Assembly: GCA_963604695.1 (NCBI GenBank)
Contig: CAVCTH010000001.1
Coordinates: 1-46,150 of the forward strand
Length of the DNA stretch: 46,150 nt
Source of the DNA: Clostridiales bacterium
Lineage (GTDB): Bacteria > Bacillota > Clostridia > Lachnospirales > Lachnospiraceae
Direction: 5' to 3'
Shown: piece after piece, positions 28,455 through 35,873 of the stretch
Numbering within the stretch: position 1 is the stretch's first letter
Layout of the letters: each line of letters starts with the position of its first letter
The notes under the pieces: model-generated
Databases searched by the model: none
What the model was told of the DNA's origin: nothing
What the model saw: the letters and a program-made list of their open reading frames with translations, nothing else
Translations under genes and position numbers: made by a program

Positions 28455-29954
28455 TCAGTTCTCTCCCGGCAGGGACAGCTCAATGCTCTCCTTCGGAATG
28501 AGCAGGCGTACATAGTCGTTCTCATTCCACAGATATTCATCATGCAGATGGAAGTCGTGGTCATCCTTCGTCCTGACCACATAATGGTAGTGGTCTCCCT
28601 TGTAGATCAGGGAAATAATATGACCGCAAAGTCCGTCTCCATTTTCCGTATCGTCGCTCATGTCGATGGCTTCCACCGGAACCCTGACCCTGACCTTCAC
28701 GCCGGCCGTCTCGATCTCCTGTCCCTTTGCATCCACCAGGATGCCGTCTGCATTGATGGAGGAACCTGCATAGAGCTGTGTCACATCACAGGCATATTCA
28801 CCGCCTGCAAATTCCACGGTATGATTTTTCGTAAGCTCACCCTCGAAAATATTCTGGTTAGTATCGGCCAGAATGACATGGATGCCGTCCGGCTCCAGGC
28901 ACATGCCGATGGTGTCCCCTTTCTTCGCGCTTCGGGTGCTCTGGATGACGACCTCATTATCCCCGGACTCCACGATAATCTCATAGTGCATGCCCTTGAA
29001 AATCACGGACTGTACCACACCGGTGATGGTTCCGTCTTCCGGCGCTGTCATGATCACATCCTCCGGACGCACGATAACGTCGACTTTGGCTCCCACCGGG
29101 AGATCGTCGAGACATTCGAAGGTAGCGCCACAAAAATCCACTTTGCGGATACCGCACATATGGCCGGTATAAATGTTACTCTCGCCGATAAAATCTGCTA
29201 CGAATACAGTATGCGGCTCGTTGTAAATTTCCTCCGGTGTACCGATCTGCTGGATCTTACCGTCGGACATGACAACGACTTTGTCGGACATGGTCAGGGC
29301 TTCTTCCTGGTCATGGGTGACATAGATGAAGGTGATGCCCAGCTCTTTGTGCATGGCCATAAGCTCCAGCTGCATCTCTTTTCTCATCTTTAAGTCCAGC
29401 GCACCCAGGGGCTCGTCGAGCAGCAGGATCTCCGGCTCGTTGACGATGGCTCTCGCAATGGCAATACGCTGCTGCTGTCCGCCGGACAGGGTGGAAATGC
29501 TTCTCTTCTCGAAGCCTTCCAGGTCTACGATTTCCAGCGCGCGGCTTACTTTGGCACGGATCTCCTCCTTCGTCAGCTTTTCCTGACGGGTAACGGTCTC
29601 TCCTGCCGCATTTTTGTAAGTTACGTTTTTCGTTTTCAGCTTCAGGCCGAAAGCGATATTATCAAAAATATTCAGATGCGGAAATAACGCATATCTCTGA
29701 AATACAGTATTAATCGGTCTCTTATTGGGGGGCAGCTGGCTGATGTCCTCCCCATTTAACAAAATCTGTCCTTCTGTTGGGATGTCAAATCCGGCTATCA
29801 TACGTAAAGTCGTGGTCTTGCCACAGCCTGACGGCCCCAGGAACGTCACAAACTCTCCTTTTTTTACCTGGAGATTAAAATCCTTCACCGCTTCAAAATT
29901 ATCCTCGAAGCGCTTTTTAATTCCTTTCAGTTCAATAATGTGTTCAACTGACAT
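28455..29954 (-). CDS. potA: Polyamine ABC transporter ATPase with extended C-terminus
   Basis: Walker A GPSGCGKTT, VFQRYALFPHL, LSGGQQQR, LLLDEPLGALD and YVTHDQEEA. Confidence 0.92.
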   Translation of the reverse strand: MSVEHIIELKGIKKRFEDNFEAVKDFNLQVKKGEFVTFLGPSGCGKTTTLRMIAGFDIPTEGQILLNGEDISQLPPNKRPINTVFQRYALFPHLNIFDNIAFGLKLKTKNVTYKNAAGETVTRQEKLTKEEIRAKVSRALEIVDLEGFEKRSISTLSGGQQQRIAIARAIVNEPEILLLDEPLGALDLKMRKEMQLELMAMHKELGITFIYVTHDQEEALTMSDKVVVMSDGKIQQIGTPEEIYNEPHTVFVADFIGESNIYTGHMCGIRKVDFCGATFECLDDLPVGAKVDVIVRPEDVIMTAPEDGTITGVVQSVIFKGMHYEIIVESGDNEVVIQSTRSAKKGDTIGMCLEPDGIHVILADTNQNIFEGELTKNHTVEFAGGEYACDVTQLYAGSSINADGILVDAKGQEIETAGVKVRVRVPVEAIDMSDDTENGDGLCGHIISLIYKGDHYHYVVRTKDDHDFHLHDEYLWNENDYVRLLIPKESIELSLPGEN

Positions 29955-30002
29955 GGTACGGCTCCCAGCTCCTTTCTTTCGTTACATGAATTACAGATTT
30001 GT

Positions 30003-30081
30003 ACACAGGAACGCATAAAAATAAGGCAATAACGTCAAGATGCCTTTCGTTTCTTGACGTCACTGCCTTTCGTTCCTGTGC
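30003..30081 (-). promoter_or_regulatory. Structured 5' leader / possible attenuator of the pot operon
   Basis: 11-bp outer stem and 18-bp inner stem, both with minus-strand G:U pairs; the inner hairpin is followed by a U-rich tract; AACGAAAGGCA is repeated. Confidence 0.6.
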
Positions 30082-30098
30082 CAATATCACTAAGTAGA

Positions 30099-30127
30099 AT
30101 AGTATTCGATATTGAGAAAAATGTCAA
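30099..30127 (-). promoter_or_regulatory. SigA promoter of potABCD
   Basis: TTGACA-17 nt-TACTAT. Confidence 0.75.
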
Positions 30128-30166
30128 TATTATATTTGAAATTATTCAGAGCCATACGTACCTAAC

Positions 30167-30302
30167 AAAAGTGATATTCTCTGAAAAGGAACCGCTCGCG
30201 CTAAGTCCTCGATCCAGCGGTACTAACCTTCGAATATCGTCTGCGTCTCATTCTCAGGAAGTACCGGGACTGCGGACGTTCCTTTCAGAGAGCATCACTT
30301 TT
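30167..30302. repeat. Palindromic structured intergenic element, copy 1
   Basis: Ends AAAAGTGAT...ATCACTTTT; shares identical 39-nt and 30-nt blocks, in inverted orientation, with 35696-35858. Confidence 0.9.
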
Positions 30303-30311
30303 TATTAATCA

Positions 30312-31559
30312 TCAATCTCTCCGGAAAATGTCCCTCGTATAGACTTTTTCCTGTACGTCGTCCAGTTCGGAACTGTAGCGGTTTGCGATGATGGCCTGGC
30401 TCTCCTGTTTGAACCGGGCAAGGTCATTGACCACCAGGCTTCCGAAGAAGCGGCTTCCGGCTTCCAGGGTGGGTTCGTAGATAATGACTTCAGCGCCTTT
30501 GGCCTTGATCCGCTTCATAATGCCCTGAATGGAGCTCTGGCGGAAATTATCGCTGTTGGCTTTCATGGTCAGGCGGTAGACGCCCACGGTCACCTGCCGT
30601 CCGGGAAGGCCGTTTCTGCCGTTCTCGCCTTCATAGTATCCGGCGCGTTCCAGTACCCGCTCTGCGATGAAATCTTTTCTCGTCCGGTTGGCTTCCACAA
30701 TGGCTTCAATGAGATTTTCCGGCACATCCTGGTAGTTGGCCAGCAGCTGCTTCGTGTCTTTCGGAAGGCAATAACCGCCGTAACCGAAGGACGGATTGTT
30801 GTAGTGGCTTCCAATCCGCGGGTCCAGGCAGACGCCGTCAATGATGTGCTTCGTATTCAGGCCCCGCACCTCTGCGTAGGTATCCAGTTCATTAAAATAA
30901 GAAACCCGGAGTGCCAGATAGGTGTTGGCAAACAGTTTTACTGCTTCCGCTTCGGTTGTTCCCATAAAGAGGGTGGGAACTTCTTCTTTAATAGCGCCTT
31001 CTTTTAAGAGTCCGGCAAAGGTCTCCGCCGCTTCCTGAAGATCCTCTCTTCCTTCCGGCACGCCCACAATAATCCGGGACGGGTAAAGGTTATCATAGAG
31101 GGCTCTTCCCTCCCTTAAAAATTCCGGGGAGAACAGAAGGTTTTTGCAATGATATTTTTCATACATATGCTGGGTAAATCCTACGGGAACCGTGGATTTT
31201 ACTACCATTACTGCCTCCGGATGGCATTTCTGCACCAGCTGAATCACCGCTTCCACGGAACTGGTGTCAAAATAATTTTTTACCGGATCGTAGTTGGTGG
31301 GAGTGGAAATAATGACAAAATCCGCCTGGCGGTATGCCATCTCTCCATCGGTAGTGGCTGTCAGGTGAAGTTTTCCACCAGCTAAATATTCTTCAATCTC
31401 TTTATCCACAATGGGAGACTTCCCGCTGTTAATAAGATCGGTTTTTTCCTCTATAATATCTACGGCCCACACCTCATGATGCTGGGATAACAGCACCGCG
31501 TTGGACAGACCCACATAACCGGTTCCGGCTATGGCAATCTTTATTTTCTCTTTGTTCAT
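30312..31559 (-). CDS. ugd: UDP-glucose 6-dehydrogenase
   Basis: Motifs [48 protein letters not shown] and SDNFRQSS. Confidence 0.95.
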   Translation of the reverse strand: MNKEKIKIAIAGTGYVGLSNAVLLSQHHEVWAVDIIEEKTDLINSGKSPIVDKEIEEYLAGGKLHLTATTDGEMAYRQADFVIISTPTNYDPVKNYFDTSSVEAVIQLVQKCHPEAVMVVKSTVPVGFTQHMYEKYHCKNLLFSPEFLREGRALYDNLYPSRIIVGVPEGREDLQEAAETFAGLLKEGAIKEEVPTLFMGTTEAEAVKLFANTYLALRVSYFNELDTYAEVRGLNTKHIIDGVCLDPRIGSHYNNPSFGYGGYCLPKDTKQLLANYQDVPENLIEAIVEANRTRKDFIAERVLERAGYYEGENGRNGLPGRQVTVGVYRLTMKANSDNFRQSSIQGIMKRIKAKGAEVIIYEPTLEAGSRFFGSLVVNDLARFKQESQAIIANRYSSELDDVQEKVYTRDIFRRD

Positions 31560-31579
31560 GTCCTGATCCTCCGCTTATC

Positions 31580-31608
31580 ACTCTAACATTGTGCCCGGGC
31601 AATGTCAA
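31580..31608 (-). promoter_or_regulatory. SigA promoter of ugd with a palindromic spacer
   Basis: TTGACA-17 nt-TAGAGT with an extended -10 TG; the spacer contains TGCCCGGGCA. Coordinates approximate. Confidence 0.6.
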
Positions 31609-31635
31609 TGAATAAGAATGCGAACTGGCCCCCGT

Positions 31636-31678
31636 ACACAAAAATCCGCCTGCCATGGCGCTCCACAGCAGACGGACC
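31636..31678 (-). terminator. Orphan intrinsic terminator
   Basis: GGTCCGTCTGCTGTGG-AGCG-CCATGGCAGGCGGATT followed by TTTGTGT; five G:U pairs work only on the minus strand; no minus-strand gene lies directly upstream. Confidence 0.75.
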
Positions 31679-31717
31679 TTCAAAGGGGAGGATAAGTATT
31701 CAATTTCTCTTCCGTAC
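31636..31717 (-). ncRNA. Candidate ~80-nt sRNA with an anti-Shine-Dalgarno seed
   Basis: SigF/SigG-like promoter upstream, unstructured UACUUAUCCUCCCCUUU segment, then the terminator. Ends are approximate. Confidence 0.55.
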
Positions 31718-31722
31718 ATTTA

Positions 31723-31751
31723 CAGTATACCCTTCCCAATCGTTCTTATAC
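31723..31751 (-). promoter_or_regulatory. SigF/SigG-like promoter of the candidate sRNA
   Basis: GTATA-N15-GGTATACTG; spacing is one base shorter than canonical. Confidence 0.45.
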
Positions 31752-31785
31752 GTAAATCCCGCAGAAATTTTTTGTGCAAAAAGAC

Positions 31786-31814
31786 TTGTTATGTAGTTTT
31801 AAATACTATATAAT
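31786..31814 (+). promoter_or_regulatory. SigA promoter of the DUF1836 gene, overlapped by a palindromic operator
   Basis: TTGTTA-17 nt-TATAAT; TATGTAGT-N7-ACTATATA at 31790-31812. Confidence 0.7.
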
Positions 31815-31835
31815 AGATAAACGAGGTGATTACGT

Positions 31836-32456
31836 ATGACAATTAACCAGCAGGACATTCTCAACAGCATTCTGGAAAGCCTTGACCGGATTGATTATAT
31901 CAAACCAAGGGAGATTCCGAACATCGATCTCTATATGGATCAGGTGACGACATTTATGGAAGAACATTTAAGCTCCTCCAAGCGGTATCCGGAGGATAAG
32001 ATCCTCACCAAGACCATGATCAACAACTATGCGAAGAACCGGCTTCTGCCCTCTCCGGACAAGAAAAAGTATTCCAAGGAGCATATGCTGCTTCTGATCT
32101 ATATTTACTATTATAAATCCATCCTCTCCATCGGAGATATCCAGAATCTTCTGGAGCCGCTGACCGAGCGGTATTTCCACAACGAGGGCGATTTTAACAT
32201 GCAGTCCATCTACGAGGAAGTATTCAGCCTGGAGAAAAGCCAGGTGGAGAAAATGAAGCAGGATGTGATCGATAAATATCACATTGCCTCCGAGATTTTC
32301 CCGGATGCAGAGGAGGAAGACCGGCAGTTTCTGCAGACCTTCTCCTTTATCTGCCTCTTAAGTTTTGATGTGTATGTGAAAAAGCAGGTCATCGAGAAAC
32401 TCATCGACGGCCTTCCTAAGAAAGAAACCGGAAAGAAACGCAAAGAAAAAGAGTAA
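31836..32456 (+). CDS. DUF1836-domain protein (putative MerR-like HTH regulator)
   Basis: Signature IPNIDLYMDQVTTF...ILTKTMINNYAK..LLPSP.KKKYSKEH; GAGGTG RBS. Confidence 0.85.
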   Translation: MTINQQDILNSILESLDRIDYIKPREIPNIDLYMDQVTTFMEEHLSSSKRYPEDKILTKTMINNYAKNRLLPSPDKKKYSKEHMLLLIYIYYYKSILSIGDIQNLLEPLTERYFHNEGDFNMQSIYEEVFSLEKSQVEKMKQDVIDKYHIASEIFPDAEEEDRQFLQTFSFICLLSFDVYVKKQVIEKLIDGLPKKETGKKRKEKE

Positions 32457-32481
32457 ACCGTGTTGTGCGGCTTACTCTTTT
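32446..32481. terminator. Bidirectional terminator built from the ends of the DUF1836 and YerC-like genes
   Basis: AAAAGAGTAAACCG-TGTTGTG-CGGCTTACTCTTTT. Confidence 0.7.
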
Positions 32482-32783
32482 CCTTTTTCTTCATCTTCTT
32501 TTTCCAGACGGCGGAATACCATGTCGTATCCGTCATTTCCGTAATTCAAAGAGCGGTTCACGCGGCTGATGGTCGCGGTGGATGCTCCTGTTTTCTCTGC
32601 TATCTCCAGATAGGTCTGTTTCTCCCGCAGCAGCTTTGCAACTTCAAAACGCTGGGACAGAGACTGGATCTCGTTGATGGTGCAGACGTCTTCAAAGAAA
32701 GTATAGCATTCTTCCATACTCTGCAGACTGAGGATCGCGCGGAAGAGTCCGTCGGTGGCCTCATTGCGAATTCTTTTGCTCAT
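32472..32783 (-). CDS. YerC/YecD family TrpR-like regulator
   Basis: ECYTFFEDVCTINE..SLSQRFEVA...TY..IAEKTGASTATISRVNRSL.YG. Confidence 0.9.
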   Translation of the reverse strand: MSKRIRNEATDGLFRAILSLQSMEECYTFFEDVCTINEIQSLSQRFEVAKLLREKQTYLEIAEKTGASTATISRVNRSLNYGNDGYDMVFRRLEKEDEEKGKE

Positions 32784-32818
32784 GTCTTACCCCCTGATCT
32801 TGTACTCCTGATTTCAAC

Positions 32819-32847
32819 ATTTTAACACACTAAAATCATAAAGTCCA
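32819..32847 (-). promoter_or_regulatory. Promoter of the YerC-like gene with a palindromic operator over the -10
   Basis: TGGACT-17 nt-TAAAAT; palindrome ATTTTA-N6-TAAAAT at 32819-32836. Confidence 0.55.
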
Positions 32848-33570
32848 GCCATTCTGAAGATATTTATTGATAAATGAATAGAGCCGTTCCTTTTTAGAAT
32901 TGGCTACCAGCTCTTCCGGGAACTCCACTTCCTCAATCAGTTCCAGGGAACGGCTGTGGTTGAGGATATCCTCATAATAATGGGCGTCGCTTCCCATGAT
33001 GACAGACACGCCGTATTTTTTGCAGAGGCGGAGCAGAGTCAGGTCATTTTCCCGCGCATTCTGGCGGAAACCTCTGGGGTTCAGGGAATTGTTGTTGATC
33101 TCCAGCAGGGTATGATATTCCTTGGCCGCCTGTACAACCGCTTCATAATCCAGCGGATAGCGTCCGTCATCCGGATGGCCGATGATATTGATGTGCGGAT
33201 TTTTCATGGCGTTAATGATGCAGGCCGTGTTCCAGTCCCGGCTGCCCGGCTTGATGCAGGGCGTGTGAAGGCTTGCAATGGCCACGTCCATCTTTCCCAG
33301 ATAGGGTTCCCCCAGATCCACGGTTCCATTCTCATCCAGAATGTTCAGCTCCACGCCCAGCAGCACTTCCAGATCTCCGTGCTGACGAGGCACTACTTTC
33401 AGATTATGAAAATAAAATTCTCCGCAGGTACCCGGCATTTTCGGTGCATGTTCCGTAATTCCGTATACTTCCAGTCCCTTATCCTGGGCTGCATGGATCA
33501 TTTCCATCATGGTGTTATAAGCATGCCCGCTGGCAATGGTATGGGTATGCACATCCAGTATATCTCTCAT
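32836..33570 (-). CDS. PHP-domain phosphatase (YcdX/histidinol phosphatase-like)
   Basis: Motifs DVHTHTIASGHAY, ITEHAP, GVELN, IGHPD, LEINN and GSDAH. Confidence 0.9.
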   Translation of the reverse strand: MRDILDVHTHTIASGHAYNTMMEMIHAAQDKGLEVYGITEHAPKMPGTCGEFYFHNLKVVPRQHGDLEVLLGVELNILDENGTVDLGEPYLGKMDVAIASLHTPCIKPGSRDWNTACIINAMKNPHINIIGHPDDGRYPLDYEAVVQAAKEYHTLLEINNNSLNPRGFRQNARENDLTLLRLCKKYGVSVIMGSDAHYYEDILNHSRSLELIEEVEFPEELVANSKKERLYSFINKYLQNGWTL

Positions 33571-33646
33571 CTTCGGTCGTCCTTTCTGTCATGTTCATGG
33601 AATACGACAAGGAGCAGAAAAGTTTCCCCTCCTGCTCCTTCATTTA

Positions 33647-34255
33647 TCAGTTTTTCTGTGTCAGAAGCACATTCAGGTCGCGGATGGCCTGCTCCTGGCT
33701 CTCCACCAGCAGTCCCTGCATCCCAACGCCAAGCGCTGCGTCCACATTGATTTTTGTATCATCCAGGAAAATACTTTCCTCTGCTTTCAGGCCATACCGG
33801 TCAAGCAGTGTATGGAAAATTGCTGCATCCGGTTTGATCTGGTGCACTTCATAGGACATAATACCGCCGTCCATCTCTTTCATAAAATCCAGAGAATCTG
33901 CCGTATCACGGCGCACCTGCTCCCCATAGTTGGAAAGATAATAGGTGCCATATCCTCTTGCTTTCAAATCCTGCAGCCACGGAATACTGCCTTCCCGTCT
34001 CCGCACCAGGGTACGGAAATCAGACAGAAGAAGACCAATCTCCTGCTCAAGCTCCGGTGCTTTTCCGATGAGCAGCTGACGGAATTCTTCGCCGCTTAAC
34101 ACGCCCCGGTCCAGTTCCTTCCAGTCCGGCCCCAGCATCATGGCACGGGCAATCCGGTCTGCCTTCTCACCCGTAAATCCATAATGTGCAATATGATCCT
34201 GCCAGCAGTAATCTACCAGTACATTTCCAATGTCAAATACAATATTTCTGATCAT
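33647..34255 (-). CDS. HAD-family phosphatase
   Basis: Motif I VFDIGNVLVD, LSN, IKPD and FLDD...NV. Confidence 0.88.
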   Translation of the reverse strand: MIRNIVFDIGNVLVDYCWQDHIAHYGFTGEKADRIARAMMLGPDWKELDRGVLSGEEFRQLLIGKAPELEQEIGLLLSDFRTLVRRREGSIPWLQDLKARGYGTYYLSNYGEQVRRDTADSLDFMKEMDGGIMSYEVHQIKPDAAIFHTLLDRYGLKAEESIFLDDTKINVDAALGVGMQGLLVESQEQAIRDLNVLLTQKN

Positions 34256-34262
34256 AAGTCTC

Positions 34263-35549
34263 TTATTTTACGTTTCTGTGGATGATATCGTTTCTTCCCG
34301 GTCCGTTGGAAATCATGGTAATCGGGAATCCGATCTGTTTCTCAATGAACTCGATGTATTTGCGGCAGTTCTCCGGCAGATCCTCGTAGTTCTTGATTCC
34401 GCGGATATCGCATTTCCAGCCCGGAAGTACCTCGTATACCGGTTTTGCTTTCTCCAGCAGATGGGTAGTCGGGAAATCGGTGGTTACTTTACCATCGATA
34501 TCGTAGCCTACGCATACCGGGATCTCATCCAGATAGCCAAGTACGTCAAGTACGGTAAATGCTACGTCGGTAGCGCCCTGCAGACGGCATCCGTATTTGG
34601 AAGCGACACAGTCGAACCATCCCATTCTTCTCGGACGTCCGGTGGTTGCGCCGTACTCTCCGCCGTCTCCGCCGCGTCTTCTGAGCTCGTCTGCCTCGTC
34701 ACCGAAGATCTCGCTGACGAATGCACCTGCTCCTACTGCACTGGAGTATGCCTTGCATACGGTGATGACCTGTTTGATCTCATAAGGCGGGATACCTGCT
34801 CCAATGGCACCGTAAGCTGCCAGTGTGGAAGAGGAGGTAACCATCGGATAGATTCCGTGATCCGGATCTTTGAGGGTTCCCAGCTGGCCTTCCAGCAGAA
34901 TGTTCTTGCCTTCTTTGATGGCATTCCACAGATAGGTGGATACGTCGCATACATACGGCTCTACCATCTTCTTGTAGCCCATGAGCTCTTCGTAAATATC
35001 GTCCTCTTTGAGCGGCTCTGCATGATACAGGTTCTCAAGAAGTACGTTTTTCTTCAGAATTACGTTTGCAATTCTTTCTCTTAATTCTTTTTCATCGGCA
35101 AACAGGTCGCTGACCTGGAAACCGATCTTTGCATATTTGTCTGAATAGAACGGTGCGATACCGGACTTGGTGGATCCGAAGGATTTTCCAGCCAGACGCT
35201 CTTCTTCCAGTTTATCAAAAAGAATATGATAAGACATTACCATCTGCGCACGGTCAGACACCAGGATCTTCGGCATCGGAACGCCCTGATCCACAACTCC
35301 CTGAAGCTCCTTGAAAAATACCGGGATATTCAGTGCCACGCCGTTTCCGATAATGCTGGTCGTATGACCATAAAAGATTCCGGACGGCAGGGTGTGTAAT
35401 GCAAACTTTCCATAATCATTGACGATTGTGTGTCCCGCATTGGCTCCTCCCTGGAATCTTACAATAATATCGGACTCCTGGCCGAGCATATCGGTGATCT
35501 TGCCTTTTCCTTCGTCACCCCAGTTTGCTCCTACAACTGCTCTTACCAT
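34263..35549 (-). CDS. purA: Adenylosuccinate synthetase
   Basis: Motifs NWGDEGKGK, RFQGGANAGHT, YPMVTSS and EYGATTGRPRRMGWFD. Confidence 0.97.
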   Translation of the reverse strand: MVRAVVGANWGDEGKGKITDMLGQESDIIVRFQGGANAGHTIVNDYGKFALHTLPSGIFYGHTTSIIGNGVALNIPVFFKELQGVVDQGVPMPKILVSDRAQMVMSYHILFDKLEEERLAGKSFGSTKSGIAPFYSDKYAKIGFQVSDLFADEKELRERIANVILKKNVLLENLYHAEPLKEDDIYEELMGYKKMVEPYVCDVSTYLWNAIKEGKNILLEGQLGTLKDPDHGIYPMVTSSSTLAAYGAIGAGIPPYEIKQVITVCKAYSSAVGAGAFVSEIFGDEADELRRRGGDGGEYGATTGRPRRMGWFDCVASKYGCRLQGATDVAFTVLDVLGYLDEIPVCVGYDIDGKVTTDFPTTHLLEKAKPVYEVLPGWKCDIRGIKNYEDLPENCRKYIEFIEKQIGFPITMISNGPGRNDIIHRNVK

Positions 35550-35640
35550 AGATAACTTTCCTCCATTTCACAGGTTTCTCTTTTCCTGTCCTGTATAAAC
35601 AACTGCGGTCCCAGGTTAAAATTGACCGCATACACAGCTT

Positions 35641-35669
35641 AGTATATCTTATAAATGTTAATAAGTAAA
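35641..35669 (-). promoter_or_regulatory. SigA promoter of purA
   Basis: TTTACT-17 nt-TATACT. Confidence 0.6.
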
Positions 35670-35695
35670 GTGCTTTTTACGATCATCATTCACAA

Positions 35696-35858
35696 GTGCC
35701 CAACGAGCGCGGAAGTGACTTTCTGTGAAAGGAACGTCCGCAGTCCCGGTACTTCACAAGAACGAGCCTTTGGCGATGTTCGAGTGTTAGTACCGCTGGA
35801 TCGAGGACTTAGCGCGAGCGGTTCCGCTCACAGATTGTCACTTTCGGCCATTGGGCAC
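35696..35858. repeat. Palindromic structured intergenic element, copy 2 (inverted relative to copy 1)
   Basis: GTGCCCAA...AAGTGAC...GTCACTT...TTGGGCAC; core blocks identical to the reverse complement of 30167-30302. Confidence 0.9.
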
Positions 35859-35873
35859 CTGCACATTACGATA

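Noticed and set aside
30167..30302. Repeat element as an HDV-like or hammerhead ribozyme, or an integron attC site
   Set aside because: ACCGCT/AGCGGT and AGTCC/GGACT could form a pseudoknot, but only 7 nt remain where HDV needs P3-L3-P3'. There is no CUGANGA hammerhead core. An RYYYAAC precedes copy 1, but there is no matching GTTRRRY and no integrase.
31474..31719. 81-aa minus-strand ORF starting near the sRNA start site
   Set aside because: It has no SD, runs through a strong terminator and the ugd promoter, and overlaps ugd out of frame.
30167..35858. CRISPR array or composite transposon
   Set aside because: Only two inverted copies 5.4 kb apart, with no spacer periodicity, cas genes, transposase or visible target-site duplication.
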